64,000 nucleotides of DNA. Origin: Antedon mediterranea. Lineage: Eukaryota > Animalia > Echinodermata. This document shows, in pieces, positions 61,742-64,000 of this stretch (within the stretch, counting starts at the first letter, position 1; each line of letters opens with the position of its first letter). Both the position numbers and the translations under genes were made by a program. The stretch is taken from contig NC_092676.1 of assembly GCF_964355755.1 (NCBI RefSeq), forward strand, positions 6,177,888 through 6,241,887. The letters run 5' to 3'. The notes under the pieces were generated by a model. The model had not been told where the DNA came from. It saw only the letters and a program-made list of their open reading frames with translations, and did not search any database.

Positions 61742-62168
61742 GGGTGTTTCGAAACTAGAGACTCGAGACCAGAGACCAGAGACCCGAGACCCAATACGAA
61801 AAGAGAGACCTAAATATACGAAAAGGGAGACCCACGTACGAAAAGGGAGACCCCACTATACGAAAAGGGAGACCCCACTATACGAAAAGGGAGACCCTAG
61901 TATACGAAAAGGGAGACCTAAATATACGAAAAGGGAGACCCAAATATACGAAAAGGGAGACCCAAATATACAAAATGGGAGACCCAAATATTCGAAAAGG
62001 GAGACCCACTATAAGAAAAGAGAGACCCCTCTATACGAAAAGAGAGACCACACTATACGAAAAGGGAGACCCTAATATACGAAAAGGGAGACCCAAATAT
62101 AGGTCTCCCTTTTCATATTGGGTCTCGTGTCAGGTCTCTGGTCTCGGGTCTCTAGTTTCGAAACACCC
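61742..62168. mobile_element. MITE with 9-bp TSD (Mutator-like) and internal ~23-bp repeats
   Basis: gttaaaaac|GGGTGTTTCGAAACTAGAGAC ... GTCTCTAGTTTCGAAACACCC|gttaaaaac; internal (tatacgaaaagggagaccc..)n. Confidence 0.85.
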
Positions 62169-63270
62169 GTTAAAAACAGATGATTTCATTTTTACAGAAA
62201 CCGGTCCTATATATTTGTCTACTTTTGGATTGGGGGGGGGGGGGTGGTAGTTGACCGGGGGTAGTTATCCTAAGGGGGTAGTTGTCCTAAGGGGGTGGTT
62301 GTCCGGGGGGTAGTTGTCCGGGGGGTTGTTATCCTAAGGGGGTAGTTGTCCTAAGGGGGTAGTTGTCCGGGGGGTAGTTGTCCGGGGGGTAGTTGTCCGG
62401 GGTGTAGTTGTCCTAAGGGGGTAGTTGTCCGGGTGGTAAACATCCGGGGGGTAACTGTCTAGGGGGTAGGTGTCCTAGAACCCATGCACTCGATGTTGCG
62501 GGTGCGAAACTCATGAATAACAAGTTAGAAAGAACTGACGGAATGGTGGACTTCCCTTCTTGTTGAGGCTGGGCGCGGCCGTCTTATACATCGACGATAT
62601 ACAAAATACCGATATTCTACTCTCAGTTAGGGGGTGCGTCTTTACACAGGTGCGACTTATACACCGAAATATACACTAACTTCTAAAATATTTAATTAGG
62701 CCTGCTAACAACGACCTACTGTGTAGTAGGCCTAGCCTAGGCTAGTTTAGACACGGGGCCTAACGCGCCCAAAACAGATTTAAAGTGTGAAACAAATTAT
62801 GAATAGATGTTTGAGCTCGTTGTTTTATTCAGTGTGTTTTGTTACTCTCAAATTCGCGTACAATTAACAGAGAAATTAACATAAAAAAAAAACTTTTTTC
62901 CACCCCCTCCCCCTACCAAAAAAAAAAACTTGACAGCAAACAAACAATTTTTTTTTTAGCCCTAATCTGAAAATGCAAGCAACAAAGCCTAACACACTAT
63001 AGTTGCTTAAAATACTTGGCGGTGAATAATGCAACGAAATTAAAAAATAAAACGGCTTACCTGCCAGACTTCAACCTGTACGAATCATAAGACCATATCG
63101 TTGGTCAATATTTCAGCATTTCTTTGGTCTTGCATTGTTTGAAGAGAAGCTGGAGCATTACAAAGACTATTATACTTTTTTATTCATGGTATAACAAATA
63201 TTGACAGTTTCTATTTTACCAAACAGTTGGTCTGTTCCATTATGGCTAAAGGGTAATTTGTAATCTATAT

Positions 63271-64000
63271 ATCCATTTTGTTTTCAATCTGTGCTGCAGA
63301 GGTTGGATATAGATTTTTTTTTACGGATAATGAGCTAGCGTTTTCAGTCGCCGTATATTATGTACAAATCTTTATTATTGCAGTTAAACCACCCACGTGA
63401 CATCATCACCCTTCCCCCACTGGCATGAGTAGCGTTGTAAAGCCAGTAGAGGATAGGCCTACGGTGCATCACATGCCCTAAACGCAGAACAACTTTGGTG
63501 GGTAGGGTTAGGAACCAACTTAAGTATGAATTGGCTATAAGAAACAATTGAAAACCATTAGGCCTACTAATTAGGCCTAAGTTGAGTTAGATAATTTAAT
63601 ATTTATTGACGATTAAGTCGAATTTATGATTTGCCACGAATAGGGGTGGTTTTCACAAATTGTTATACATTATATAAACATATTATAAACGTCGTAGTGA
63701 TGTATCGTTACATGTACTATACTATTTCAATCGACTAGGACGGTGATAGTTTCAACAAAGTATTACATCGCAATGTTTTACTGTGTTTAGTGGTATATTA
63801 TTTGTAAAACATGAAAACAATTAATATTTCGTTACTACATGGATAAAGAATATATTTAACAATTGTTCCTCTTTGCACCCATCCTCTTTCCCATCCCTCA
63901 ACCCTAATGTTACATACAAAACACAAATTAAGTTTGTTTAAATTTGACTTAAACAATTTGTCTCATTTTGTGACAAGTTTTTCTTTCGGAAGTAATTCCC
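63271..64000 (-). repeat. right arm of the inverted duplication
   Basis: Reverse complement of 59903-60614. Confidence 0.95.

Larger units (their letters stand above)
58950..62482. mobile_element. foldback-type element with long arrays of ggacaactacccc subterminal repeats
   Basis: (ggacaactacccc-like)n at 58950-59620 faces (ggggtagttgtcc)n at 62235-62482. The putative TSD is only a weak, degenerate match. Confidence 0.7.
58445..62676. mobile_element. pogo/Tigger-type TIR element (TA flanks) containing further insertions
   Basis: ta|gcatatatttcggtgtataatcgcac ... gtgcgacttatacaccgaaatatacac|ta, with internal gggtgcgtctt(a)tacac motifs. Confidence 0.7.
57435..62962. mobile_element. outer TIR element of a multi-layer nest (GGC-A-run TIR, TAA flanks)
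   Basis: taa|ggcaaaaaaaaaaaaattgtttgtttgctgtca ... tgacagcaaacaaacaatttttttttttagccc|taa. Confidence 0.6.

Overview
AT-rich, intron-rich animal genomic DNA from an invertebrate; the species cannot be determined from the sequence. I traced three spliced protein-coding genes by hand, with GT-AG junctions and consistent phases. (1) ASCC3, the tandem-cassette Ski2-like helicase: + strand, 41 coding exons, 12421-45532, ~2161 aa. (2) An organic solute transporter alpha (SLC51A/OSTalpha-like): + strand, 7 exons, 48197-52958, ~372 aa. (3) A type II membrane DUF1647-like protein: - strand, 4 coding exons, 57267-53615, ~391 aa, convergent with (2). The rest is transposon-rich: a TWA-TSD (PIF/Harbinger-type) MITE in ~15 copies almost confined to ASCC3 introns, TTAA-TSD (Kolobok-type) elements, a decayed 5'-truncated LINE nested in a MITE, tRNA-derived SINEs, Helitron/Helentron-type elements, several minisatellites, and a multi-layer nest with a >=0.7 kb inverted duplication at 57.4-64 kb. 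Most notable: a Kolobok-type element carrying a decayed P2X7-ballast-like (WCxCGxC) ORF; a 13-copy 60-bp array that multiplies an ASCC3 5' splice site; internal-control evidence that the TACAGTA/TACTGTA/TAGGCCTA motifs are insertions at TA sites (transposon-footprint-like); a SINE and a LINE sharing a 3' tail; and a 42-bp TIR-only element with an 8-bp TSD. No database search was possible, so family names come from motif recognition.
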